A DNA stretch of 64,000 bases from a virus. Its lineage: Duplodnaviria > Caudoviricetes. The position numbers and the translations under genes were made by a program. How positions within the stretch are numbered: position 1 is the stretch's first letter; the number at the start of each line of letters is the position of its first letter. Under the pieces are notes generated by a model, which saw only the letters and a program-made list of their open reading frames with translations, had not been told where the DNA came from and did not search any database. The stretch is taken from positions 256,001 to 320,000 of IMG/VR virus record IMGVR_UViG_3300014204_013734; one strand, given 5' to 3'. This document shows, in pieces, positions 38,687 to 47,974 of this stretch.

Positions 38687-41600
38687 GTGCCGCTGATGTC
38701 TTCCGATCAAATGACAAAGGTGTTGGAACGTCTCAAATCAATCCGGGAACGAACGGACCTTACACTCAGGAAGACCAAACACCTGAAGGACACGTTCACC
38801 GGGTTTGATGGAACAGAACATCCTTTGTCCTTGCGCTATTATCAGGTACAAGGCGTTCTCCATCTGGTCATGATGAAACGGTTCATTATTGGTGATGACA
38901 CGGGATTAGGGAAGTGTTGCCGATGCACCGGTAAGGTCCTTACGAATGAAGGTCTGGTAGCACTGGGGGATTTGGCGCCTTCAGGTGTCGTTTTGAAACC
39001 GGACACCTTTTACGACATGACCCGTCCTGTGAATGTGTGGACGGGGCGCAGGTGGGCTAGGATCAAGAAGTTTTATTTCAGCGGGATGCGCCCCGTCAAG
39101 AAAGTAGTGACCCGACGGGGTTATGAAACGGTTGCAACTTTGGTTCACCCCTTGAAAGTCCGGCGTCCTGGTGGGAATGTTTTCATTGAAACGCGGAATT
39201 TGACAATCGGAGATTACGCCTGTTTGGATAGAAGTCCTGTTCCGTTCCCCCAAGAGGAACCTTCGGTCCCGGTTCCCGACAAAGACCTCTTTCAATCAAA
39301 TGCAATCATCTATCCCGTCCCTGACAGAATGAACCCTGATTTGGCAAGCTTGCTTGCTTACGTGGTCGGGGAAGGTTGTACGAACGGTCGTTTGTCGATT
39401 TCCATAGCACAAAGCCTTGAAAAAAATCCCGAAATCCACCAACACATCAGGGATCTTTGCCTGAAATTGTTTGGTTGGAACAAAGATGGAAACTACAAGA
39501 TTCACGACATGGGTGTCAAGATTTCCAGTGTTTACCTTAGGTCCTATTTCCAGGGTTTGGGAGTAGGTGAATGCTTGGCGGAATCCAAACGGGTTCCGGA
39601 AGTCGTGTTCAGAAGTACGAAGGAATCCGTGCGGGCGTTTCTCAGGGCTTTTTTTGATGGGGAGTGTTCCTTCACTGGGGGGGTTTTGGAAATCAACAGT
39701 GCTTCCGAACAACTACTCCGTGAAGTGCAGTTACTTCTTCTCCGATTTGGAATTCTGTCGTCAAGAAACAAAAAGAAAGTCAAAGGACGGCAACACACTT
39801 ATTGGCGTTTGGCTTTGTGCGGGGAGGATGCCCGTGTTTTCGCCAAGGAAATTGGCCTTCTGACACCGAGAAAACAAGCTGGTTTGGATTCTATGTTGTG
39901 CAAGAAACCAAACCCCAACTTGGATGTTGTTCCGTTCATGCAGAATTCTTTGGATGATTTCAGGAATAATCTTTTAGAAGTAACAAGCAAGATGGGGGCA
40001 AACAAAAACAGAAAGGGAAGTGGAATCAAGCAGTTTGGGTTTTCCGTTGAAAAAGGGCTCAACAATGTCCGCAATTGCGGTCGCAATCCATCCTACGATT
40101 TTCTTCAAGGGTTGTTGGAAATAGCGGATGAAACGGGTGCGATTCGTTCGGAAGGATTCCGAAATATTCAGGATTTGTGTAACACCCATTTCTTTTACGA
40201 CCCTATTGTTGAAATTTCCGACGGGGAAGAAATGGTAGCTGACCTTGAAATCGACGATGATGAACATGCTTTCGTTTCCGATGGTTTCATGAACCACAAC
40301 ACGATTGAAGCCATTTCCTCCCTTTGTTGCATTTGGGAAACGGAACCGGATCGGAAGGTGATCATCCTCACGACGAAATCTGCAACCAAACAGTGGGCGG
40401 CGGAATTCAACAAGTTCACCCAGGGCGTAAAGGTTATCATCGGTTCCGGGTCTCCGATGCAGCGCAAGGCTACCCGTGATCTGTTTGTGAAAAGTTCTGG
40501 TCCGACCGTATTGATAATGGGTTACAGGGCTGCTGTCCAGGACTTCACGCATCTCCAGCATTTCAAGGGATTCATCTTCATATTGGACGAGGCCTCTGCG
40601 TTTAAGTCCCCAAAAACCCAGGTGCATCAGGCGGTTGCCTACATGTCATCCAACGCCGACCGGGTTTGGGGATTGACGGCTACCCTTCTGAAAAACCATT
40701 TGATGGAAGGTTACGGCATTTACCGTGTCGTCGTTCCAGACCTTTTCCAAATGACTCCGAACCAATTCATGCTTTACTACTGCTTGGTTCGGATGCAAGC
40801 ACTCCCCAAGAGCAGACGTCAAATCCCTGTTATTGTCGGGTATGCTCCCGCCAAGGTGCAGGAATTCAAGGAAGCTATCGCCCCCTATTTCCTTGGGCGT
40901 CCCAAATACGAAGTTGCATCAGAACTCCCGTCCCTCGTGTCACAGACGGTTGAAGTGGACATGACGGATGCACAGGAGGAAAAGTACGCGGATGCTTTGG
41001 CCGGCCTTCTTGAAATCGGCACGGGATCGGAAGCCGTGGCCAAGGAAACCACGAAACTGTCCGCCCTTTCGTATTGCCAGGAAATCGTGGATGATCTTAG
41101 CTTGATTGACGCCCTTGTAGACGGGTCCCCTAAACTTGATACCTTGATTGATCTTTTGACCGAAGGCGATTTGGATGGGGAAAAGGTCATTGTTTTCAGT
41201 CGGTTCAGCAAGATGATAAACCTCATCATGGCCCGGTTAGCTAAGGAAAAGATCAAGTCCGTCAGGATTACGGGGTCGGAAAATGAAAACGCCCGTGAAC
41301 AAGCAATGAAAGTTTTTCAAGACCAGTCTTCCGATACGCGTGTCATCTGCATTACGTCGGCTGGTTCGGAAGCGGTCAATCTCCAGGCAGCGAAAGCGGT
41401 TATCTGCTACGATTCCCCTTGGTCGGCCGGTGATCTCATTCAGCTTGTCGGTCGGATGATCCGCATAGGGTCGACGCATGACAAATGTCACGTCATCCAC
41501 TTGTTGGGACGTAGCACAAAAGGAAAGACCATCGACCACCGTGTCATGGAAGTTCTTGGCAAGAAGATGGCTTTGATTGAAACCGTTCTTGGGAAGCGTT

Positions 41601-41701
41601 TCAAGGACGATGGGGAAATGGCAACGGTGTCCGTAGGTAACGACATTTCCGATTTGTTCACCGTCTTGCGTCAAGATGCGAAGGATTCAAAAAAAGGGTA
41701 G
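38687..41701 (+). CDS. SNF2-family helicase containing an intein
   Basis: LRYYQ, GDDTGLGK|T, ILDEA, LTAT, KVIVFSRF, AGSEAVNLQ and QLVGRMIRIG motifs. Confidence 0.9.
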   Translation: MPLMSSDQMTKVLERLKSIRERTDLTLRKTKHLKDTFTGFDGTEHPLSLRYYQVQGVLHLVMMKRFIIGDDTGLGKCCRCTGKVLTNEGLVALGDLAPSGVVLKPDTFYDMTRPVNVWTGRRWARIKKFYFSGMRPVKKVVTRRGYETVATLVHPLKVRRPGGNVFIETRNLTIGDYACLDRSPVPFPQEEPSVPVPDKDLFQSNAIIYPVPDRMNPDLASLLAYVVGEGCTNGRLSISIAQSLEKNPEIHQHIRDLCLKLFGWNKDGNYKIHDMGVKISSVYLRSYFQGLGVGECLAESKRVPEVVFRSTKESVRAFLRAFFDGECSFTGGVLEINSASEQLLREVQLLLLRFGILSSRNKKKVKGRQHTYWRLALCGEDARVFAKEIGLLTPRKQAGLDSMLCKKPNPNLDVVPFMQNSLDDFRNNLLEVTSKMGANKNRKGSGIKQFGFSVEKGLNNVRNCGRNPSYDFLQGLLEIADETGAIRSEGFRNIQDLCNTHFFYDPIVEISDGEEMVADLEIDDDEHAFVSDGFMNHNTIEAISSLCCIWETEPDRKVIILTTKSATKQWAAEFNKFTQGVKVIIGSGSPMQRKATRDLFVKSSGPTVLIMGYRAAVQDFTHLQHFKGFIFILDEASAFKSPKTQVHQAVAYMSSNADRVWGLTATLLKNHLMEGYGIYRVVVPDLFQMTPNQFMLYYCLVRMQALPKSRRQIPVIVGYAPAKVQEFKEAIAPYFLGRPKYEVASELPSLVSQTVEVDMTDAQEEKYADALAGLLEIGTGSEAVAKETTKLSALSYCQEIVDDLSLIDALVDGSPKLDTLIDLLTEGDLDGEKVIVFSRFSKMINLIMARLAKEKIKSVRITGSENENAREQAMKVFQDQSSDTRVICITSAGSEAVNLQAAKAVICYDSPWSAGDLIQLVGRMIRIGSTHDKCHVIHLLGRSTKGKTIDHRVMEVLGKKMALIETVLGKRFKDDGEMATVSVGNDISDLFTVLRQDAKDSKKG
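38915..40300 (+). mobile_element. Intein with LAGLIDADG homing endonuclease in the SNF2 Walker A
   Basis: Starts with Cys after GLGK and ends NHN|T. Contains LAYVVGEG and FLRAFFDGE blocks. Confidence 0.9.
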
Positions 41702-41713
41702 TGTGATTGATAG

Positions 41714-42607
41714 ATGGACGGAGGTGACACTTTGGACGAATGGAAAGAGTATCCTGAGGGAGACGGACATCCTACGTGTCCTCGCTGTCACGGGCGCGGG
41801 GTCGTTTCCTTGCCGAAAGAACTACGGCCCCGGATTGCTGTCGGTGAACTGACACAAATATGTACCTGTGTTCTGGCCAGGGACATCATGGCAAATTTGG
41901 AACGTGGATGGCGAGGTTTGTCCAAAGCAGCGGTGATAAAAACATCCCCCCTTGTGGGGATGGAAAAAAAGAACCTTCGCATTACGGCATCCGCAAAGGC
42001 CATTAAAGAACATTTGAAACACGTTGCGTCCCGAATGGGGACCCGTTGGGGATTTCTTGTCATCAGCGATGCTACCATGATGGATGCTTGGTTATCCAAA
42101 GGTATTGCAAGGATTTACGATGCTGACGTAGAAGAAATGCGGTCATCTGATTCCAGGGGCGGGTTTGAAAAAAGTCCTTACGATGCTCTTTCCGAACTGG
42201 TAGAACATCCGCCTTTACTGATTGTGGTCCTCGGAGTCAAAGCAGCCCGCAATTCTGCCATGGCGGAAGTTCTTCTTGAAGCTTTGACGCTTAGGGATTT
42301 TGCAGGTCGGCCTACTTGGTTGGTAGATCAGCCAGTACATCCTTTTGCTGAGGGGCATTTGTCTTGGAGTTCTTCCGTGGAATCGTGGTTGGAACCTTGG
42401 GAAAAAGTAGTCCTGAGTCGTCCTGCCCTAACCCCAAGCACAAGTACTGTCATTCGACCTGGTAAACCCCAGACGTTTGTTATGGGTCGTGAACCGATTG
42501 TTCAACTTTCTGAACCTCCCGCAGTAACTTGGGAACAAGCCGAATTGACAAAGATGAAGGAATCCGACAAGAAAAAGTGGAGAAAGAGGAAAGGGAAACA
42601 GGAATGA
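41714..42607 (+). CDS. DnaC/helicase-loader-like protein (Zn finger, degenerate ATPase)
   Basis: CPRC..CTC zinc finger, LLIVVLG and R...RPTWLV segments. Coupled to the helicase gene. Confidence 0.5.
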   Translation: MDGGDTLDEWKEYPEGDGHPTCPRCHGRGVVSLPKELRPRIAVGELTQICTCVLARDIMANLERGWRGLSKAAVIKTSPLVGMEKKNLRITASAKAIKEHLKHVASRMGTRWGFLVISDATMMDAWLSKGIARIYDADVEEMRSSDSRGGFEKSPYDALSELVEHPPLLIVVLGVKAARNSAMAEVLLEALTLRDFAGRPTWLVDQPVHPFAEGHLSWSSSVESWLEPWEKVVLSRPALTPSTSTVIRPGKPQTFVMGREPIVQLSEPPAVTWEQAELTKMKESDKKKWRKRKGKQE

Positions 42608-45498
42608 AGACGCTGCTTCGATCGGTTTTCATATCTGCAGCTTCCGACAATAAGGATCTGTTTTTTAGAAATTATCTGAATCTGGTGGATTCAGGTTTGG
42701 GGTTTGACATTGCCGAAGATGTAATCATTTGGGAATTCATCAAGGATTTTGTTCGGGCGCACAACCATATCCCTGATGTGACGACGATCCGAACCCATTT
42801 TGCACACAAGCAAGAAGACGGCATCCTGAACCGTATTGCGGTTTTGGAAAACCTGCCGGCGTATACTCAGGGCGATTTTGATGTCCGGTTGAATGCCAAG
42901 GCAGACGAACGTCGAGTGCGAGAAGTGTCGGAACTTCTCAAAGACGCAAGCGTCATCGTGTCAAGCGGATTGGAAATCCGTGAAGGACGCGACAAGAAGA
43001 TGCTCAAAGGTCCCATTGACGCCATCCATCACATCTTGGGTCAAAGCCACGGGATCGTGTCTCCTGTCGTGGGATCGCGTCTGTCCGGTGAAGTCACAAC
43101 GGACGGAGTAGATTTCATCAAGACCTATGAAAAGGTAGAAGCAGACCCCTTGGCCGGTATCGGTCAACACACCGGTTTGACACAGATGGATGCGGCACTA
43201 AATGGCGCAAAAAGATACGAATTGTGGACACATGCGGCATTCACTGGCCATATGAAAAGTACGATGCTGCTTAACTGGGCATACAACCAAGCCGTCTACT
43301 TTTTGCATGACAGCCTGATATTTTCCCTTGAAATGCCTTACAAGCAGTGCCGAAATATCCTGTATGCAATCCATTCTTCGCACGAAAAATTCCGGTACAT
43401 CCGATATTGCCTTGGGCTTCAGACGGATCCCTTCGGAACGGTCGGGTTGCCGTATGAAGGTATTCGTGACGGCGATCTGCCTTCGTGGCACAAGAATGCA
43501 AAGCGCTTCTTGTTTGAATGGGTAATCCCCGATTTCAATGGGAAACGAGTAGAAGTTGACTTCCATCCTGATACGGGGCAGCCCCTTATGGATTCAAAGT
43601 CGGGGAAGGCTTTTACGTTTACTCGTGATGGGAATGGGGATCCTTATCCCGACCCGTCAAATTATGGCCGGATACACATTGAAGTTGCGGACCCTGACAA
43701 GTCGGACTTCAGTATTGCTGACATGCGTCACAAGGCGGAACTGATCTATTCAAAACGGCCCTTTTCTCTTCTGTTCGTTGACCACGTTTCTCTAATGTCC
43801 CCCCGCAAATGGGTGTCCAACAGAACGGACCGGGACAACGAAATCATCCGTGACCTGAAGAAATTGGCAATGTCGTTCAACCGAGGGGAAGGGATGGCGG
43901 TAGTGGGTTTGTTCCAGATCAACCGTGACGGTTTCAGGACGGCCCTGAAGATGAAAGAGAAAACGGGAACAGCACGATATGATCTGACTAACCTAGCTTA
44001 CGCGAACGAATGTCTGCTGTACAACACACCAATAGGGACCGACAAAGGGTTGATTCCGATTGGAAAGATGAAAGCCGGATGTAAGGTGTGGTCTTCTTCC
44101 GGATGGAAGGAGGAAGTGAAAGAAGTCTTTGACCAAGGGGTCCGCCGCATTTGGAAGGTCACAAATGACCGACATGCCTGTCTAGAAGCGACGGATACAC
44201 ACAAGGTTCGTATCCTGACGGAAGAAGGCGTTCAATGGGCGGAAGTGCGGAATCTCAAGCCAGGAGATTTTCTGGTTGGTTCAGAATATCAGTTTGCTGA
44301 AACAATTCCTTCAATCCCGGAATGGAACGGGCGGACGAAACCTGACGAAAATTTGGCATGGTTGATCGGGGCGTGGGATGGGGACGGCACAGTAAGGAAA
44401 TACGGGGTTGCCTTCACCGGCAACCGCAAGGAAACCGTATTGGAAAAGCGGTTGCTGAACACCTTGAATGAAATACACGGGCGTCAAGCTAAGCACTACC
44501 ATTTCCTGAGTCGACCCGGTTCCTTTGACATGGAAGCCGGTGACAAGCACTTCAAGTCATGGTGGGACGGTATTGCCGCTCCAAGGGGGGAAAAAGTTCC
44601 GGAAGTCATCCTGCAATCCCCAGGCAGCCTTGTCATTGCTTACTTGCAGGGTCTTTTTGACGCTGATGGATGGATCAATTCCCAAGGGGTTGTTGGGATA
44701 TCGTCTAAGCATGAAGAATTCATGAGGCAAGTACAGTTGCTGTTGACTTGCTTGGGTATTGATTCCTGTCTGAACAAGAAGATGGTGATCTTGAAAAAGA
44801 CCGGCAAGCAGTATCCCTGTTGGACGGTTCATGTCCGGGGACCCTGGTCCAGGGTTGGGTTTAGGGACTTGATTGGGTTTACGGAACCTTGGAAACAGGA
44901 ACAGTTGGAAAGGTTCACCTGCAGGACTTCAAGATTGGACAGGTCGGGGAATGTTCTTCCTCTGCTGAATCTGGTTTCTGGTTTGGCGAACGAATTCCTT
45001 CCGGTCAAGCATCAATTTGACAAAATTTTCCGAAGGAATCAGAAAAAAGGTACGGTCCCTGAAAGTACCGCGAGACGGGTCCTGAAAGCCGTGACGGATC
45101 AAGGGATTGACAATGACCGTGTCCGATTCCTGGAAAGTGCCTTGAACGACATGATGTTGAGCCGTGTCGTTTCCGTTGAAGATACGGGGCAGGATGATAG
45201 GGTATTTGACATTGAAGTCGGGGGGGATCATGAATACCAATCAGGTTCGTTCCTTTCCCATAACTGTGAGAGGTCTTCCGACATTGTGACAGCGTCTTGG
45301 TTGGATCCTGAATTGGCGAAGTCCAACCGAGTCCAGTTTCAGTGTCTCAAGTCTCGCGACCAGAAGCCGTTTGAAATTTTCCTTGGGCGTGTAGAATGGC
45401 CCTGCCGAAGAATCCTGACTTGCTTTGACATCGTCATGGAACGTACGACCGAATCCGGAGGAAGTGTTGATGACGACCTTTCAAAGATCGATGTCTGA
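42604..45498 (+). CDS. dnaB: DnaB-like replicative helicase containing an intein
   Basis: TGLTQMD, AFTGHMKST, FSLEM, LFVDHVSLM, FQINR and LKSRD motifs. Confidence 0.85.
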   Translation: MKTLLRSVFISAASDNKDLFFRNYLNLVDSGLGFDIAEDVIIWEFIKDFVRAHNHIPDVTTIRTHFAHKQEDGILNRIAVLENLPAYTQGDFDVRLNAKADERRVREVSELLKDASVIVSSGLEIREGRDKKMLKGPIDAIHHILGQSHGIVSPVVGSRLSGEVTTDGVDFIKTYEKVEADPLAGIGQHTGLTQMDAALNGAKRYELWTHAAFTGHMKSTMLLNWAYNQAVYFLHDSLIFSLEMPYKQCRNILYAIHSSHEKFRYIRYCLGLQTDPFGTVGLPYEGIRDGDLPSWHKNAKRFLFEWVIPDFNGKRVEVDFHPDTGQPLMDSKSGKAFTFTRDGNGDPYPDPSNYGRIHIEVADPDKSDFSIADMRHKAELIYSKRPFSLLFVDHVSLMSPRKWVSNRTDRDNEIIRDLKKLAMSFNRGEGMAVVGLFQINRDGFRTALKMKEKTGTARYDLTNLAYANECLLYNTPIGTDKGLIPIGKMKAGCKVWSSSGWKEEVKEVFDQGVRRIWKVTNDRHACLEATDTHKVRILTEEGVQWAEVRNLKPGDFLVGSEYQFAETIPSIPEWNGRTKPDENLAWLIGAWDGDGTVRKYGVAFTGNRKETVLEKRLLNTLNEIHGRQAKHYHFLSRPGSFDMEAGDKHFKSWWDGIAAPRGEKVPEVILQSPGSLVIAYLQGLFDADGWINSQGVVGISSKHEEFMRQVQLLLTCLGIDSCLNKKMVILKKTGKQYPCWTVHVRGPWSRVGFRDLIGFTEPWKQEQLERFTCRTSRLDRSGNVLPLLNLVSGLANEFLPVKHQFDKIFRRNQKKGTVPESTARRVLKAVTDQGIDNDRVRFLESALNDMMLSRVVSVEDTGQDDRVFDIEVGGDHEYQSGSFLSHNCERSSDIVTASWLDPELAKSNRVQFQCLKSRDQKPFEIFLGRVEWPCRRILTCFDIVMERTTESGGSVDDDLSKIDV
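44011..45264 (+). mobile_element. Intein with LAGLIDADG endonuclease in the helicase
   Basis: CLLYNT...SHN|C ends. Contains LIGAWDGDG and YLQGLFDADG blocks. Confidence 0.9.
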
Positions 45499-45730
45499 AG
45501 TATCGTTGGAAAATGGCGGCGTCATTGTCAAGCTGCATATGGAAGAAGCCTTAAAGATTGATCAGCTCAAGGGTTTGATGGTTCGGTATGGTTGGGACGA
45601 TGGAATCAAGAAAGCGGTAGAAGTGCTTTTCGTAGACATTGAAAAACAGGTTGGCAAAGAAATCCAGGAAGCACTTCACCGAAGCGTCCTTGACGGGACG
45701 ATCTCGTTTGACAGGAAAGACATTCCATGA
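45491..45730 (+). CDS. Hypothetical protein
   Basis: Coupled small ORF. Confidence 0.5.
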   Translation: MSEVSLENGGVIVKLHMEEALKIDQLKGLMVRYGWDDGIKKAVEVLFVDIEKQVGKEIQEALHRSVLDGTISFDRKDIP

Positions 45731-46461
45731 ATACCATTCCTGACGAATTGAAGGATTGGTTCAAGACATTGATTTCTCCCCCGGATGCCGAAGCCTTCAT
45801 CATTTCCAATTTGGAATCTGTTGACTTAGCTTCATGGCCCGATGAAAGCCATGTCGGGCTAATCGTCAGAGGGACCCCGACCGAAGCGCAATCCAAGGAA
45901 TTGCTTAGGGTGTTGAAACCGGGCGGGCACCTGATCTTGATTGCCCCTGACACGGAACCGACCGGGCATACAGGAACTTGCCGGATTGAAGATGCAGGTT
46001 TTGAAATCAGGGATTCCGTCCTGCTGGTGGATAGCCCGGAAGGGTTCTATTATGTCCCGAAGGCATCACGGGCCGAACGGGAAGCCGGGTGTTCAAACAT
46101 AGCCCCGAAACAACGGGATGAGGCTAGGAAAGAAGGAAACCCTGGCGGGGTTCATTCGGTCAGGAACTTTCACCCCACCATAAAACCTTCTGCGCTTATG
46201 GAAAAGCTGTTGGGGGACGGGAAGAATGGTGACAGTCCCATTCTTGACCCTTTCATGGGCAGCGGGTCCACGGGTATCGCCTGTGTCAAGACTGGGCATG
46301 ATTTTGTAGGGATTGACATGGAACCGGATTACGTGGGTATTGCGACGGCCCGTATCCGATATTGGGATGGGGAAACCGGTTTGGTTGAACGGTCCGTCAC
46401 GACGGAACAGGAACCCGAACTTGAAAAAACGGATTCCTTAAATGACATTTTCGGATGGTGA
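45727..46461 (+). CDS. DNA N6/N4 methyltransferase, SAM-binding module (no DPPY)
   Basis: LRVLKPGG, EDAGFEIRD, FYYVPKAS, HPTIKP and ILDPFMGSGSTG are present. Catalytic motif IV is absent. Confidence 0.8.
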   Translation: MNTIPDELKDWFKTLISPPDAEAFIISNLESVDLASWPDESHVGLIVRGTPTEAQSKELLRVLKPGGHLILIAPDTEPTGHTGTCRIEDAGFEIRDSVLLVDSPEGFYYVPKASRAEREAGCSNIAPKQRDEARKEGNPGGVHSVRNFHPTIKPSALMEKLLGDGKNGDSPILDPFMGSGSTGIACVKTGHDFVGIDMEPDYVGIATARIRYWDGETGLVERSVTTEQEPELEKTDSLNDIFGW

Positions 46462-46477
46462 AAAAGGAGGTAACGAA

Positions 46478-47311
46478 ATGACCAACAACACCCTTGCTAA
46501 AGATGTAGCACAGCACAAACGGGCCGTGTCCGTTTTTCTGTCCTTCTTGATCGGGAATCTTGAGGATCGGGCGAAAACGCACGATGACAGTAAGCTGTCT
46601 CCAGAAGAATTCAATGTTTACGATCAGGTTGGCCCGAGTTTGAAAGCAGCAGCGTTCGGGTCGGAAGAATACAAGGCAGGTTTAGCCCAATTAGGGTCGG
46701 CTTTGGCCCATCATTACGCTACCAACCGACACCATCCGGAATACTTCAAGCCCAAGAACGGCAAACCCGGCGGTATTCCTGCCATGGATTTGGTAGATGT
46801 TACTGAAATGTTGTGCGATTGGGTCGCGTCAGCCTTGGCTAAAGGCAATGATCCGTTGAAGGGTATGACTGAGGTTCTGTTCCCAAAATATCGGGTAGAT
46901 GGGGATCTTCAGGCTATCTTGTCAAACACTGTCAAATCTTTGCTTGAAGATGTTGCGAATCAGCCGGATAAGAAAAGATCCACAACCGAGGGTCCTTGGG
47001 AAGCTGAAATGCAAGACCCCACAACGTGTGAACATCCCACATGGGAAATTTCTCCAAAGGATGATCCGACGCAGACCATATGTGTCCTGTCTTCCTGCCA
47101 GGAAGGCAATCTTGAAGCAACGGCAAAATTGATAGCCCGTGCCCCGGTTTTGGAAGCGGAAAACAAAGCTCTTCGGGAGTCTCTTCGGGAAATGGTAGAA
47201 GACTTGGAGGAATGCGGGTCCCTGCCGGGTAGTGATGGACATCCTTACTGGAGGGCCCGTGTTTTGTTATACGGTGAAGAAGGACGAGTTCCAGGTAATA
47301 AAGGGGAGTGA
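46478..47311 (+). CDS. HD-domain (DUF5662-like) protein
   Basis: HDDSKL, HHYATNRHHPEYF and EMLCDW motifs. Confidence 0.75.
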   Translation: MTNNTLAKDVAQHKRAVSVFLSFLIGNLEDRAKTHDDSKLSPEEFNVYDQVGPSLKAAAFGSEEYKAGLAQLGSALAHHYATNRHHPEYFKPKNGKPGGIPAMDLVDVTEMLCDWVASALAKGNDPLKGMTEVLFPKYRVDGDLQAILSNTVKSLLEDVANQPDKKRSTTEGPWEAEMQDPTTCEHPTWEISPKDDPTQTICVLSSCQEGNLEATAKLIARAPVLEAENKALRESLREMVEDLEECGSLPGSDGHPYWRARVLLYGEEGRVPGNKGE

Positions 47312-47314
47312 ACC

Positions 47315-47974
47315 ATGGAAAGCAAATCGACGGTTCTAAGTTTAGACGATTTTCTGACCCAGCAAACAACATCCCCCGATACGAAAGCAATGGAACTTGC
47401 TTACAAGACTTCCTGCGAAGATGCCGGCCGTGCCAAACGTGATATGGCCATCAATGAAGGATGGAATACGGTGTGGGGATGTCTGTTTGAAGCATACCTG
47501 AAATTTTCTCGGTTCGTTGTTGAAAGGAGCACTCCTGTTGGAGTAACCCTCTTTGTCCACCGTCAAATGGCGGTCAGGGAAATCCCGGATATCATTGCTT
47601 ACCTAGCCAGAGCCTATTCCGACCCTTCCTGCCGGCAACAGGAAAAACCTGACAACTACGGTTTGCACAAGGCCTTGAATATGGCGACAGCCATAATCAC
47701 CAAAACATCAGCCGCGTCCCAAATGGTTGGGGATCAGTGCATTCTGCCTGGGTGGGACGAACCGGCACAAGCAGTCGTCCAAGCGTTTTCTTCTTTGCGG
47801 CAGCAGATTACGATTACAGGGGCAGGAACGGACGAAGGGTCTACCAGCGTAACCCTCAATGAAAAGTATGTCCTTGATGCCATTCCCATGATGATTGCAC
47901 GTCTTTCTCGCGCCTATGCCTTGCTTTCTAAAGCCGAAGATGTGGTGGAAACGGCTAAAACGGTAACGCCATGA
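47315..47974 (+). CDS. Hypothetical protein
   Basis: RBS GGGAG. Internal two-fold similarity (EIPDIIAYLARAY / AIPMMIARLSRAY). Confidence 0.6.
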   Translation: MESKSTVLSLDDFLTQQTTSPDTKAMELAYKTSCEDAGRAKRDMAINEGWNTVWGCLFEAYLKFSRFVVERSTPVGVTLFVHRQMAVREIPDIIAYLARAYSDPSCRQQEKPDNYGLHKALNMATAIITKTSAASQMVGDQCILPGWDEPAQAVVQAFSSLRQQITITGAGTDEGSTSVTLNEKYVLDAIPMMIARLSRAYALLSKAEDVVETAKTVTP

